A stretch of 64,000 nucleotides of DNA from Neoechinorhynchus agilis (GCA_051530055.1 CM121341.1:17648784-17712783), one strand, 5' to 3'. Positions 1-13,200 are shown, numbered from the stretch's first letter. Notes: generated by a model not told the origin, from the sequence alone. A program made the numbers and translations.

Positions 1-521
1 TTTCCTGTGCATTCGCTTAAAATCGCTTTACATTTTTTCTTTAACAACATCGATATCTCAAAATCACTCTTTTTGTCTGAACGAAGTCTCATATGGTACT
101 CGTTAAGATTTTCAAGCTCATCATAACATCCATGATCGATCAGAAGCATTTCTACGCAAAATACTAACTTATCAAGAGTAGGCACAGTTATTCGCATACA
201 ACTAAAGCACGTTGCTTTGAGTAAGAAAATGAGTTTGTCGAAGTACATCGGGTTATAGATAGGAAGTGCAAGGCGAATGACGCCGTAATGTCCGGGACAG
301 GAGTTATAATCTCGTCGGCAAGATAGACAGACATTTGAATAGTCGTAAGGACCCATGTGGAGATCGTAAACGCTTCCAGGCAATTTGTTTTTTAAATCGT
401 CTTTTGATCCGTAGACGGTGAGGGAACAGGAACCTATCTCAGCCGCTTCCTCCGACGTAAAATTCCGAAGAGTAAGTGAGGATATGCAGATTGAAGGAAT
501 CGATAACTGAGGTTTCGCCAT
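1..521 (-). CDS. POLR1A: RNA polymerase I largest subunit, 5' part (runs off the window start)
   Basis: Not in the ORF track; translated by hand from ATG at 521: MAKPQLSIPSICISSLTLRNFTSEEAAEIG...GSVYDLHMGPYDYSNVCLSCRRDYNSCPGHYGVIRLALPIYNPMYFDKLIFLLKATCFSCMRI. This matches the RPA1 N-terminal zinc-binding clamp (CxxC...CPGHxG, YNPxxFDKL...CxxC). The frame stays open to base 1. Confidence 0.9.
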   Translation of the reverse strand, partial: MAKPQLSIPSICISSLTLRNFTSEEAAEIGSCSLTVYGSKDDLKNKLPGSVYDLHMGPYDYSNVCLSCRRDYNSCPGHYGVIRLALPIYNPMYFDKLIFLLKATCFSCMRITVPTLDKLVFCVEMLLIDHGCYDELENLNEYHMRLRSDKKSDFEISMLLKKKCKAILSECTG

Positions 522-1319
522 TGTCTGTAATGGAAGAGGAAATGAACGGAAGCGAAAAATTACATTTAGGCCAATCGGACCACAAAAAAGGAGAATAAAT
601 CGTTGTGTGCGATTAATTCTACCGAAAGTTAGAAGAGATCTGAGTGAAAGCGAGTATCTTAAAACAAAAAAACCTTATAATCCACGCGGCTCGACTCTTG
701 ACGACTTTGACGTTTAAAATACTCAAAATATTTGGATGAAGCTCTCGAGGAATTTCTTGCATCCCTTATGGTATCCGATGATGTCATTAAAAAGAAAGAC
801 GAATCGCACTGAACCGACGATTATCACTATAATTCAAACTTTATCATCCAGAAGGATTTTCTCCCTATGATGAAATTAAAACGCTCAAAACCAATCTTAA
901 ACTTCAGTGGTAGCGAAAAAGCAAGAAAAAATTCGTATTCTAATCTATGCGAGTCTTTTCGGCATTCTAATGGACGATATAACATCCTATTTGAATTAAA
1001 ATAACAGTATAATATCTCCATGTCAGGTATTTCATTCGCGTTGGAATTCGAGTTGAAGCCACTGGAAAATCCAGCGAAACCCAAATATTGCGAAACTTTA
1101 GAAAATTCATCCATTACATCTGCAAAAATAAAATCGCAAAAGTAAAAAAACAATTATTTTTCAAGCAATCATCAATTTGCCACAGCTCTAACGTTGCATT
1201 CTTAGAATACGAAAGACCCAACGACGCCTTCGCCCACTAGCAAAAAAACCGATTTTGAGGAAGCTTTAATTCTAGGCAAAACTCGAACATTGTGATAGAT
1301 TGCAATCGTGGCATTTTTA

Positions 1320-1850
1320 TCCAGGTGGGACCAGCCATGTTATATGGCGCAAAAACTTGGACGATCAAGCAAAACGACCTCAGAAGATTAGAAACGAACG
1401 AGATGAGGATGCTGAGATGTGCAGCACTGCATGAATCCTCGTTGGTCCTCGCTGATTCTGATCTCCTCTCTAATCCTGTGATCCATTATTCGTTCCCACA
1501 GTTTCATTGTGTGAGACATGAGTTTAATGGTGCAGTAGCTCCTACCCTGTAGAACATCTCCTTTGCCTTTGAAGATCGGTATCAATATGCTACCCTGCCA
1601 TTCCGACGGGATCTTTTCCTTCAAATCTATGTTCTGAAAGAGCCTCGTGGGCAACTTTATTCCGAAGACGCCAAGGGATTGCCACAGCTCGATCGGAATG
1701 TAATCTGAACCGGCGCTCCTACCAGTCTTCATTTTCCTGAGCTCTGCGGCCACCTCACCGTACGAGTTCGGCCTCGTCATATTGACATTCAGGTGTACGT
1801 CCTCTAGATGCAGTCTGTCATTCTCAGTGTTCAGTATAGTGCTGAAATAT
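1320..1850. mobile_element. Two oppositely oriented RTE-clade LINE fragments
   Basis: Plus strand, about 1320-1430: PAMLYGAKTWT...RRLETNEMRMLRC (RTE C-terminal region). Minus strand, about 1440-1850: IPIELW...IPSEWQGSILIPIFKGKGDVL...IKLMSHTMKLWERIMDHRIR...QRGFM (RTE RT N-terminal region). Boundaries are approximate. Confidence 0.8.
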
Positions 1851-1861
1851 TCCTTCTTGAG

Positions 1862-2000
1862 CAACAAATTATCGCATCTACAATTCGGCTTCCGGCCCAA
1901 TTTTTCTGCAACGGATGCCCTACCATGCATTTATAACACATTCCTACGCAACCTCGACAATAATCCCTCTCACGTCATCCGGCTCATTCAATTGGACGCT
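1862..2000 (+). mobile_element. CR1/L2/Jockey-group LINE RT fragment abutting the left end of the palindrome
   Basis: Encodes LQFGFRPNFSATDAL...IRLIQLD and is a diverged copy of 7978-8110 inside the palindrome arm. Confidence 0.75.
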
Positions 2001-2518
2001 TTTTCTCAAGCTTTTTGGTTAATATAAAAGACGAGATTACTATGCAAAAATCTTTGTGTCTACAACAAACTTTAACTGATAGGTGCTCAGAAATTGACTG
2101 TAGCATCCAAATCTAAAAGTCTTTATTGCATTGATTTTCCTAACCGTAAAAGTAAAGAAATATGCTAATGTTTGGTTCAAATTCCTTGATCTAAGTTCAT
2201 AGAATAACAATAGAGTTTCAAACAACTCATTGCCAGACGCTGACACCGATTTTCCGTTTCGAGTCATGCATCAACAATGCCCGATATGAGACTCTTCGCT
2301 TATAAAATGATTATTTTATATGATATTTATAGCACTTACGAGGAATTCCAAAGCGTCTAAGCAAAATTTTATCTCATCATCAAATGAAAACTAAACACAT
2401 GGTTGAGCCCTCTAAATTTCTATTAATTTTAGAACTTTAGTCACTTTATATTCGCCCGCGACCTAACTTAAATGTTCGATTCCTCGTTTACCTCACTAAG
2501 TTCGATATGATGGCGCAC

Positions 2519-3794
2519 TCAATCCTCTTGCTCTTCTCCATGATTGTTCAATTCAGGTACAACGCAAAGCACTATGATTCGCATTGTGACGGGAATGATA
2601 ATAAATCCAAAAAATACCATAATTATCAGTGCATAAGCTCCCTTAAGCCCGAGATCGACACCACCTACTGCATTCATTGAACTCACAATTCGTTGTGAAC
2701 CACAATCGTTACAATCATCCATCCGATGATCGATCACATTAGAAAAAGTGTTTTTTTCTAAACCATTGTAGCAATAAATTTGGACATTGTCGATCTTAAA
2801 CAGGATATTATTGCTTTTGTTGTGCCGATCAATGATATTATCAATCGATCAGTCACATTTGAGGTTAAAACAGACAAAATTTCAAAAAGAATTGTTCTAA
2901 ATCAAATACCAACTTCGCTTCCCTAGATTTAATCTTAATAATTTTCAAAGTGAAAACTTAAGCCGAGTCTAATGATCGTCAATACTTCCATAAAAAGCAA
3001 TATTAAGATGCGAAAAATAAGGAATCACAAAGAAAAAATGGTGTTTTGACTGATTGATTTCATCTTACTCACTAAATTTCTAGCTTTGCAACCAAAGCGA
3101 ACGTTTTCAATAAACGTCGTTCGACAACCGACGGATTTATCGACTAAGACTGCCATTTTGAAGGCTCCATTCAATAGATTTTCAAACATATTCATAAGAA
3201 TTTGCGGATATTTTGAATCGGCAAAACTGTTATTAATGAATTCACACTTTTTCATAAAAGCCGAATGCGAATACTTTAATCTATTCAAAAAAGAAATCCC
3301 ACCAAAAGTTTCGAATGGAATTCGATTAGAAAAAATCCAATTGTTCCATAACATTTTTTAACCAAAATGATCCTTAGTGACCTTTTCGCCGAAAAGACAT
3401 TATAAATCAAAGAAAGATCATTTAGATGGCATCCAATAATCGAAAGTCTTCTGAGTGATGGAAAATCGATTGACGCCTTGAAGTTCAGACGAGTCAATTG
3501 AAACTGTTCAATCTTCAATGTAAATAGTTTCGGAAAACTAAGTTTAATTTTCACCGTTGACATTGTCAGAAAACATTTGAGATCATCAGAGCCTCTTAAA
3601 TGGAGATTTCGAATGTAATAGTTGGTTCTATTGGCAGCCATGAGCAGGTCTAAATAAACATGCGAAACATCCCGACAATTAAACGATAATTGATCTTTGC
3701 CTAATAGGAGCTTTTTACTTTTTCTACCAATCGCGTTAATTTTTACTTCTAATTGATTGTAAAGCAAAATAAATAAGAAATAGCCAACAAGCAT
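2519..3794 (-). CDS. Possible LRR-like single-pass membrane protein (interrupted by introns or frameshifts), left-arm copy
   Basis: Consecutive same-strand ORFs give a signal-peptide-like start (MLVGYFLFILLY), LRR-like segments (FPKLFTLKIEQFQL, FPSLRRLSIIGCHLNDL), a Cys-containing juxtamembrane stretch (IYCYNG...DCNDC), a TM helix (AYALIIMVFFGFIIIPV) and a short tail. The frames do not join without splicing or frameshift. Confidence 0.4.
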
Positions 3795-3975
3795 TCGAAA
3801 TCTAGCTAATCGGAAACCCGTTAAAAAATTAAACCAAGGTTACCATGGCAACAATCAAATCTTTTTTCCGCAAAAATCGGGTTGATATGACGCAATGGAA
3901 AAATTTATCGACGTAACGCTTTTAACCTTCTTTCGCCTTTTCGCCCCTTCGTCTCATTGTAAACGTTCTTCCAAA

Positions 3976-5922
3976 TTTCTCCTCACCCTTTTCTCTCTTT
4001 CGAGAGGTCGCCGGTCCTAATATTACACTTATTCGGTGATACATGCCGTGTCAAATTTAACCACGATCTTGGTTTACACGATCCACCCAACGCTTCTTCA
4101 GTCTCCCTCGTCGTCGCCTTCCCAATATCTCGATCACCTCTATGCTTATATCTCCTCTCGCGCTATTCATAACGTTATTGAACCACTGCAATCTTCTTTG
4201 AACTATCACTTCGGTGCATCGGCTCTCTAGCATCCCTCTAACATCCTCGTTTCTTTCCCTATCCCTGAATGTGAAGCCAGCTGACCATCTCAACATCCTC
4301 ATTTCATTCGACTGAGATCGTCTTTCTTGGTCGTCCGCGTCTCTGCGCCGTACAACATCGCTGGTCTCACTACAGTCTCAAATACTCCGATCTTTTTCGA
4401 TTTAACTCGATCCTTTTATCACATACAGAATACGCTTGACATTTTCTTCCAGTTGTGCCATCCGCTTTGTATTCGAGGAGTTATTTTAGGTTTGAGAGAG
4501 TTGACATACTGACCTTACTACCGAGATATTCAACTGAATCTTTCGATGTTAATAGGGTTCCATCTAATTCTAGATCCTCCGGACCCATGTACACTGTCTT
4601 CGCTCTGGTTACTTTGAGTCTGTTACTTTCCAATGCCTCACGTCACCCTTCCAGTCTTTCCTGAGCCACTTCGTGTTTTTCCGCTGTGACTACTTGGCCA
4701 AAGCGCATTCCCTTCTAGCATCTTTCTTACCCTGCTTAAATTCGCTAGATTTTCGGCTGTATATCCATGGTCCCAACTCTTTTTAGCTTCTCGTTTCCGA
4801 CGTATCGCTCGCTTCACTCTTGGTTTCCACCACCAAGCCTCTTTGCCTGACTTTACCCGTCGTCTGTCCGAGAATATTTCGACCCTCTTCCAATATGAGT
4901 TTGGCCGATCGGTTCAATCATGCATTTGAATCCTCCACTTTCGTTTCCCGCTTACCAACTGGCGAATCACCAAATCTCTTACGCAACCACTTGATTCTGG
5001 GGTTCGTTTTCTGAGTATATCGTCTCCTTGTTCTGACCGTCAAGTCTTCTACTATTATCCGATGCTGTGAAACACAATGTTCGTCGAGAATCGTTTTTAC
5101 GTTCGTCAATTCGTGCTATCGCTAAAGGATGTAATCCATTCTACTAACTTTTCCTCCGCTAGAATAGATGGCGAGGTGCCTATCTTCTTTTCGGTAGATG
5201 GTGTTTGTCAGTCTCAACTCCTTTGCCACCGCAAAGTCCAGAAGCTTTTCTCCTTCCGCATTTCGCAATCCAATACCACCAACCACTCGTTCACAGCCAT
5301 CTCTACTTCCCACATGTCCATTAAGATCTCCTGCGACCACACCGTATCTGATAAAGTTTGAAAGAATTTCTCTTTCTCATCTACTCAACATGCTATTTGC
5401 GGGCATAGGCCGATATTGTGATGATATCCTCACCTCTAAAATCTAATCTCACCGAAATGATCCTATCACTTGTCCTGATTACCTCCAAAACACAATTCAC
5501 TAGCTCTTTCTCCAAGATCACTCCCACACCATTTCTGCCACTTGGCTCGCCTTTGTAGATTGTTTTATAACCATCACATCGTTCTCGGGCTTTCACACCC
5601 TTCCACATGGTCTCTTGCACTCCTAGTATTCCGATTTTTCTTCGCATCATGTCCACTATTTCCTTGCTCCTTTCGATCACCGATCAAGCATTTAGCGTTG
5701 ATATTCTTAGGTTAGTTGTGTAGACTAATTTCTTTAGCCGAGACCGTCCATGCCTCGGTAGCCCTTGATGATGTAACACAAGCTCCGGGCGAAGAACTTG
5801 CGCGTCGCATCTTAGTTAATTTGTTTATATGTTTGATGCCATTGGGTTCAAAATTTGGCATATTTTTACAGCCTTATGCCCTTCCTGACTCCAGCCGGGA
5901 TTGGGACCCTCTTGGGTAAAGT
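3976..5922 (-). mobile_element. RTE-clade (Expander/Rex3-like) LINE, both ends present, RT core deleted; left-arm copy
   Basis: APE motifs (ILGVQETMWKG, VAGDLNGHVG, MDYIL) and C-terminal MRMLRWSAG...RLQWF. Flanked by the 16-bp direct repeat TAAACGTTCTTCCAAA at 3960-3975 and 5923-5938 (TSD). Confidence 0.9.
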
Positions 5923-7749
5923 TAAACGTTCTTCCAAACTATTCACAATAATTGGAAAGTTCAGGTCAAATGCACCTTTCGGAGTTTGTTATACTTTCAA
6001 CTGCGGATTCTATATATTTTCGGATTATGCAAAATTTTTGATGAGGAATCTTTTTAGAATTTATCATTGTTCCTGATTGTTGAATCCAGCAAAATATTTA
6101 GCCCGATTATTCTGTCTTGGTCATCATTCATGCGATGACCTTTGCTAAAGTCAGGCGAGATAGTTTCCGATCAGTGGTTCGCCATAGATCTTACAATTTT
6201 GGACACCCGAACTCGAGATCCTTCCATTTATGGAATAGGCAAGTAATTTTTGGGTCACAGCGATCTCTTCATTTTCGTAGTCGGCGTCTAAACGGGACGT
6301 CTGACCCTACCTCCGAAGAAACATTAAAGTTTTTGATGCTGTTCAATGGATTTTTTTAAGGCAATCCCTTAGGAAGGCACTTCAGAGGTAATTTTATTCG
6401 TGGACGTCAGTGCTGTATGAAAGCGTAAAGATGGCTCTGCGGAGGGTCGTTAATTAAAACAAAGAAGCCGAAATTAATGATTGGGTTGCATCTACAAGCT
6501 GAATTGTTCTCACTGTCGTAATTCAGCGCAATTGGGCCGCGTGCCTAAATTCAGCTGTTTTGGTTAACTTCATGTACACTTCAATTTGTTTTCTTTTTGA
6601 TCCGTCTCAGTTGTTGATGCACGGGAAAGTGTCGAGTTAACGGATGAAAGAGAAATTGTTACATTTCAGAATACAATATTGTTCGTCCACAATATCAGCT
6701 TTACCGATTATTTTTTATTGGTAAACAATTTTTGTGGTACACTGAAATTGGGCCGAAACTCGTACTTGTGACCTTATTCGGTTGCAGCAATTTTATTTGG
6801 TCCACAAAGCACCCGAACCCGCTTTTATTTATTTTTGATTGGAAATATTTAAGCTGGGCATATTGATTGCTTTGTCCCTTTTATCGGCCGCTTTGACGGT
6901 TTTTCGATATCGTAAACAAAGCTACATGTCTGCTATCCTTCAATTAATCGAGTAAAATTTGTCTCAATCCGGAGACAGGTTGAAAAATTTTCGACGTGAA
7001 TTCAATTGATTTTTGTAATACATTAGTTTATGTAAAGTAAAACTGATTGCAACAAATTTGTTAACAGAAAAGCGAAATTGAAAAATTCAATGTTGTAAAA
7101 AAGATTGCCATTTGATGGAAATCGTTAATTCAGAATCGATATGATGATTTGTAACAATCCAATTGCGAACACGATAGTGAGCTCAAATTGCTACTCTGAT
7201 CGATTCACAAAACGAAAAAAGCCCAATCGATTTGCGGTTGTACATTCGTGAGCTCGATCATTTTGATTGTTTGAGCGACTAATACGGCATCTGATGGAAT
7301 CTACTAATTTTTCGGATGTCGAAATGAATTTTTCGTATTTTGGAGGACAAAATAGCCTGCAGATTTATCAATAATTATCATTGGTAAACTATTTTTATGG
7401 CAAAATAAAATTGGACTAGAGTACGTGTTTGTGACCAAAATGGGCATCATTGCCATTCTTCGAGATGAGGCAGATGAAACAACCTTTTATTAAAAGAAGT
7501 TTGTTGTCGCTGAGTGTAAACGTGACCTCTGTCCTATTCGACAAATGAATAAAGTTTCCTGAAATTAAAAACGCATTTGGCTCTAAAAAAATTATTTCCC
7601 AACATAAATTATTTCAGAAAAGAATATTTGCCGAACAGACGATAGAGTATTCCGACGGTTCATCTACACTCCTTTTTGTTGTCATCATTTTTTAACGGTT
7701 GAAATCAAACTATTTAAATCCACAACAACATTTTAACTCCTACAGCATC

Positions 7750-8650
7750 TCAAGAAATTACTTCGAAATTCGTCCCCTCAGTCTGAAGTCCCATGCATCA
7801 TCCACGAACTCATAGACCCATTTACCCTCATTATAAATCGCAGCTTTATATATAGCATCTTTCCTTCATGTCTGAAAAATGTTAAAGTGAATCTACTTGT
7901 TGAAAATGGGCATGCGATTTTCGCCGAATCATTCCGTCCGAAAAATGTTTCAAACTCGTCTTCTTCCACTTTGAGCAACGAATTATCGTCCCTACAATTC
8001 GGCTTCCGGCCCAATTTTTCCGCAACGGACGCCCTACCATGCATTTATGACACATTCTTGCGCAACCTCGACAATAATCCCTCTCACGTCATCCGTCTCA
8101 TCCAATTCTATTTATCGAAAGCATTCGACTCTATGAACCACTCACTACTTCGGGCCTGTTCTGATTTCACTATTTCTTCGGGCCTGTTCTGATTTCGGTC
8201 TAAACCCTTGGCTGATCCACTGGCTGATCTCCTATCTTCACAATTGCAAATAATACATTCACTGCCGATCTACCTCCCACTAAAGGCGTCCCTTGAATTG
8301 ATGTCCTGTCACCACTTCTTTTTAACATTTTCTTAAACGACCTTAAACTCTGCTCGTTTCATTCTAAACTTTTCGTATATGCCAACGATCTCAACCTCAT
8401 CTCTCAATCACCAGCCCACCTCTCCTTCTCCTTAACATCTAACGAAATCATCCACATCAAAGATTTCTTCACCAATCACAAACTCTACCTGAACTTCATA
8501 AATGCTTTGAAATGAGCCCCTCAATCCCTCGCAGCCCCATATCCTACTTCGATCTTCCAATTGGCATCGAACGGGTCACCTACCCTTCAGAATTCCGGGT
8601 CTCCAGTTTCAATCAAATATTGAGTGGGATTCTAGCATTAAGCTTTCCCT
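7750..8650 (+). mobile_element. Degraded CR1/L2/Jockey-group RT fragment, left-arm copy (carries a 28-bp tandem duplication)
   Basis: IINRSFIYSIFPSCLKNVKV...LQFGFRPNFSATDAL...YLSKAFDSMNHSLL...PWLIHWLISYL. Confidence 0.75.
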
Positions 8651-9659
8651 CCTCAAACGCTTCCCCCGCTCGCCAAATGCATTTATAAAATTTTCATCCA
8701 ACAATAAAAACGCTTTTCAACGCTATTACCACAATTTTTGGATAAACTCTAACAACTATGGAAGCGATTTGCTCGAGTATTCGGTTTTAGTTTTTTTTAC
8801 GACAAGACAGATTGTAGCAGCGAGCGTTGTAAATGAGAGCAAATCAAAATTTGGTAATTAAATGAGTGTTGTTAGCAACGCGCTTAATTGCTTGGTAGTT
8901 ACCAATTTTTCGGAAAGAAGCACGAAAAGCCCAACTATTTATTAACTAGCGATGGATTGAACCATCGAAAGTACTAATGAGCGATTCTCAGTTGTATTTG
9001 CTCAATTTTCGCTATCTAATTCCTCAGCCAAGTTTTCATGGCACTTTTCGAGAACATTTGTGAACAAGGTCTCATTGAATTTATACCAATAATAAACTTC
9101 TGATTCATGACTGAAATGCTGTTCACCTCGATCGTATTGACCACTTGACGCCGACAAAACGGTTCGGAGTCATCTTCCGCAAACGATTCGACGTAGGCTC
9201 TAATTAGATGTGGTTCGTTAAGAACTTGTCTTGCAGGCAGACATCGTGCTTTAGAATTTTCTTCAAAATCGTAGAAGACCACAAAGATGGACTTATGCTG
9301 TAGTTCCTTTTGTTCCACGTGTTTTAACATTTCTCGGACGAAATTGGATTAACTATCATTTCCACGAATTATCCACTATTCATCGTTAATTGCGATTTCT
9401 CGACGATTACGGCAGCTGACTGATGATAAGGCGATCAAGCAAAGAAAAGCAATCATTTTGTCGTTCGAATGAGAGATTGACGGTTAATTTTTTAACGATG
9501 GATCGGTTCTTTTTATACCTCAGATGTTTTCTGAACACATTCGAAAATAATCGATCATCGTACTTGTTTTTGAAAACAATCATACTTTCAAAATATTCTT
9601 CGATTCAAATCAAAATTTATTTTAGTTGCAGCTTTTACAGGCATTTACGAATATTCATG

Positions 9660-10130
9660 CCACCACTGCAGTATTGGTGTAACGGTCGAAAGGACGAATT
9701 AAGCGTTCCCTCGTTGCACAGTCAGACTTTCGTTTTGTAGGAGGAATGCTCTTTATCTCGGATCGCCGGTGATTCGTCTCAAGCTCTTAGACAATTACTT
9801 GACCAGTTTCTGCGCCGCGGCACCAAACGACTCGAGTGTCTCGACACCAAAGGGGACAAAATAATGATTTCGACTCAGGTACCTGTATTTAATCTTTTTG
9901 CGGTCCTCAGTGGCTTTTTCTGTTCCTCTGATTTAAGCGCGGCGAATTTTATGTTGCTGGCTGCGATCGTGTCCACGAACGTGGCGTCCCAGAGGATGCA
10001 TTTTCCTTCTCGCCACGGGAATACTGTGACGCCGTCCGGTCTACTGCGGCCATAGAGTCGGCAAAGATTGCTCGGCGGGTACATTCGCCTCATTACAACG
10101 GTAAATCTGAAACTGATTGTTTGCAACCAT
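9660..10130 (-). mobile_element. CRE-type non-LTR retrotransposon 3' fragment (restriction-like endonuclease), left-arm copy
   Basis: RPDGVTVFPWREGKCILWDATFVDTIAASN, followed by FVPFGVET and VQRGNA motifs. Confidence 0.8.
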
Positions 10131-10339
10131 TGACGGGTGCCTGCTCGCTGCCTGAATCTTCACACCAAAGGCTAACAACCTTCATCTTAGTGAAGTATTT
10201 TGCACAAAACAAAAGAAAGTGAACGTATATCCAACAAATTTTCTTTAGTTTATTAGATTCAAATATTTACTGATTTTCTTTAACAAATTGAGTAAGCCAA
10301 GTTTCCGATTCTTTAGATGATGAAATTTCAGCTCGACTC

Positions 10340-10740
10340 ACCCAAATCGACTTTTATAAATCTTTTGATCCTGTCGATCACAGTCTTCTCCTTGATACAT
10401 GCTTTAAGTTTGACCTTACCGCCTGGCAAATCAAATGGTTGAATTCCTTTCTAAACAATAGATTACAATTTATCGAAATAGGGAACATCGTCTCGAACAC
10501 CTTAGCAATTAACAAGGGAGTTCCCAAAGGAGCTGTTCCCCCCTTCATTCTTTTCAACATTTTCCTGAATGTTCCTTTTCCATCCTCTTCTTATTCTAAA
10601 TACTTCTTGTATACTGATGATCTGACAATCATTACGCATGACTCCCCTCTCACTCTCAATTACTTCTAACGATATTTCTCATTTTCAACCATTTTGCTCC
10701 TCTAAATGTCTTACCCTTAATTTAAGCAAGTGCTTCGAAA
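10340..10740 (+). mobile_element. LINE RT fragment (CR1/Jockey group), left-arm copy
   Basis: DFYKSFDPVDHSLLL...WLNSFLNNRLQFIEIG...GVPKGAVPPFILFNIFLN...LYTDDL. Confidence 0.75.
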
Positions 10741-10811
10741 TCGTCTCTTAAATCTCAAATTGTATGGTATGCAACGGTACTTTCCTACGTTGCACCGTAG
10801 GTATAAGCCCG

Positions 10812-13200
10812 TCAAATAGAATTAGATTCCGCAAGGGATCTAAAATACACGACAGCAGTCCTGTTATGCGAGCAATTCGCGTCTCTTAAAATCAGGTCAT
10901 CGTATGTACGACAGTTCCCTTTGCCTTTACGATACAATGTCGTTGCCTTCCAGAAAAGGAACTGTTGCACGACCTGTGGGCAAGATGCCTCGGACCGAAT
11001 TATATTGCCCGTGAACTGCAATCGTCTGCGGTGCAAATATTCACTGGGCGGTTGGACACCGGCTCTCTTATACAGTGCTTTGTTGGTCACTTTATCTGAC
11101 CATCTGACCTTGAACGCCGCACGTAAGAGAGATGAATGATTTTGGTCCAACTGCCTCGTCATCGTTGGTGACAGTGTCCAGGTCTCTGCATTGCAGTAGA
11201 GAATGCACTCAATTGGAGCCCTGAACAGCTGCGAACGGAGTTCATCTGGCAAAGACTCACTGTCAAAAAGTGGTTTAAGTTGTCCCATTGCTCTCCAAGC
11301 TATAGCTCTCCGTCGGCTGACATCCGCACTAACCTCAGCAACGACAACTCCCAGATAGACATACCGCTCTATCTGTTTTAATTGCTCAATGCCATTCGGC
11401 CCTTGTCAAGAATTCCGCCTTTTTCGAGTTGATGGTCAGACCAATCATACTCGCCCTCTCGCACAGTCTATTTAGCATGCGTTGAGCTCCTTCGACTGTT
11501 GAGGACATCAATACGATGTCGTCAGCATATGCCATGTGGGAGGCGCGTATCTCAGGATACCTGCGACCTCTTTTCCTCAAAAGAAGAAATCCATCTTCAT
11601 CATTCGGTAGTGCCCATCTGATTACCCAATCAAGCACCAAGATGAAGAGGAAAGGAGCCAATGTGTCGCCCTGCAGAACACCTGAAGTGGTGGAAAAGTA
11701 TTCTGTCAAACCGTCGGCTGTCTTGGCGGCGGACCTTGTGTTTTTTATAATGCCATAACGGATGTGACAATGATGGGCGGCACTCCATACTCCTTTAAGA
11801 TACCGCCAATCATCGTTCGATTTACCGAATCGAAAGCTCGACGGAAATCAACAAATACCAGCGTCACATCCGTTTGATGAATTCGTGCCTCCTCGAGGAT
11901 CCTCCTCAAAGCCAATATGTGCTCTGTGGTGCCTCGACCTTCCCTGAAGCCGTTCTGTTCAATTCTTAGAAACGGTTCGAGGATTGGCTGAATTCGGCGT
12001 CTCAAAATGCTGCTGTTTCCTCTTCTCCTCATTAGCAAGGGAGCCAAAGAACGGACGTGGAGGATGCTGAGGCGTACGGAACAACGAGTCACTCATGCTG
12101 TTCGGTTGGCAGCTCATCAACTGTGAATGTGTCAGCGTTTTTGACCCGACATTTTTCCCTACGCCTCAACAATATATGGTCAAGCTGAGCTAAGCGTCTC
12201 TTGGGATTTTTTCCCATGGCATGTTTGGACGGATTCTTTTGACCCATAAACGTCGCCAAACGCCACGGACGCTTCCGGAATAGTGTTAGCAGACACGAGA
12301 TCATGCCGCTCCAGCGCCTCAACCAAGTACCGGCTGTTCCGATTCTCGCCTTTCAACACATATAGCAATCTTTCCGAATGTGGTAAAATCGCGTTGAAGT
12401 CACCGGCTATTAAGAGGGTGTCTCTGTTCGGTACATCATCTAATGCTTCGCCTAGATTTCCACAAAATCCTTCAACCGCCTCTTCGTCCGACGAGGAGGT
12501 CGGTGAATATACGCCAAAAGCATAGAGATTTCTCGGCCGAAGCTTTATGCTGACACGAAGGATTCGGTCAGTTATAAAACTGCATAGTGCTGAGTTTCGG
12601 AGGCGGGGTGATAAACAAACGCTTACACCTCCATTTCCTCGACTGTCCGCAGATAGGTAAGATAATGGGCAGCCTCCTCCTAAATCCTCGTGATTTACGT
12701 CTGTGTCTGACTGGCCTCTTATGCGCAATTCTTGTAAAAACACAAGATCCATTCTGGCGTCCCTTGCCAATTTGGCCAGGGTTCCCTTACGCCATTGCGC
12801 TCGCAGACTCCTACAATTCAAGGATCTGATTCGTAGTCCTCTTCTATCTGAAATAGCTGGGCCAAAGGGCTCACAGCTGTCAGTGCCACCTGAACAGTCC
12901 GTACCCACCACGGTGATGAGCTTCGACTGACGCTTTTGTTGCCTCCGGCGACAGTTTCGCTCATTTCGACGCTCAAGTCGTCGGCGAGAGCTACGACGCC
13001 CTCGCTTTTTCCCGTTGCACTGGTGGATTTTGTTGCTCCCGTTCGCTGCCGCATCACCAAGTGGAGCGGCACACCGACCCCGCGTTGACAAGCTACTATC
13101 ACTAGCTGCCTGGCCGCCGGAGTTGCTTCTTTTAAGTGACCGACAAGAATCAGTAACATCAAGTCCGATCATCGTGAAAGAAAGTGAGGGACTGAAAGAA
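10812..13200 (-). mobile_element. RTE/RTEX-like LINE with APE and RT, frameshifted; left-arm copy
   Basis: APE motifs (LRIRSLNCRSLR, VFLQELR, IAGDFNA) and RT motifs (EQNGFREGRGTTEHILALRRILE, FVDFRRAFDSV, GVLQGDTLAPFLF, YADDIVL), spread over several frames. Confidence 0.88.

Noticed and set aside
827-1153. 108-aa minus-strand ORF upstream of POLR1A
   Set aside because: No recognisable domain; it could be an exon of an unknown gene but cannot be supported.
9415-9470. CTGATGA...GAAA hammerhead-like spacing
   Set aside because: No convincing stem I or stem II complementarity.
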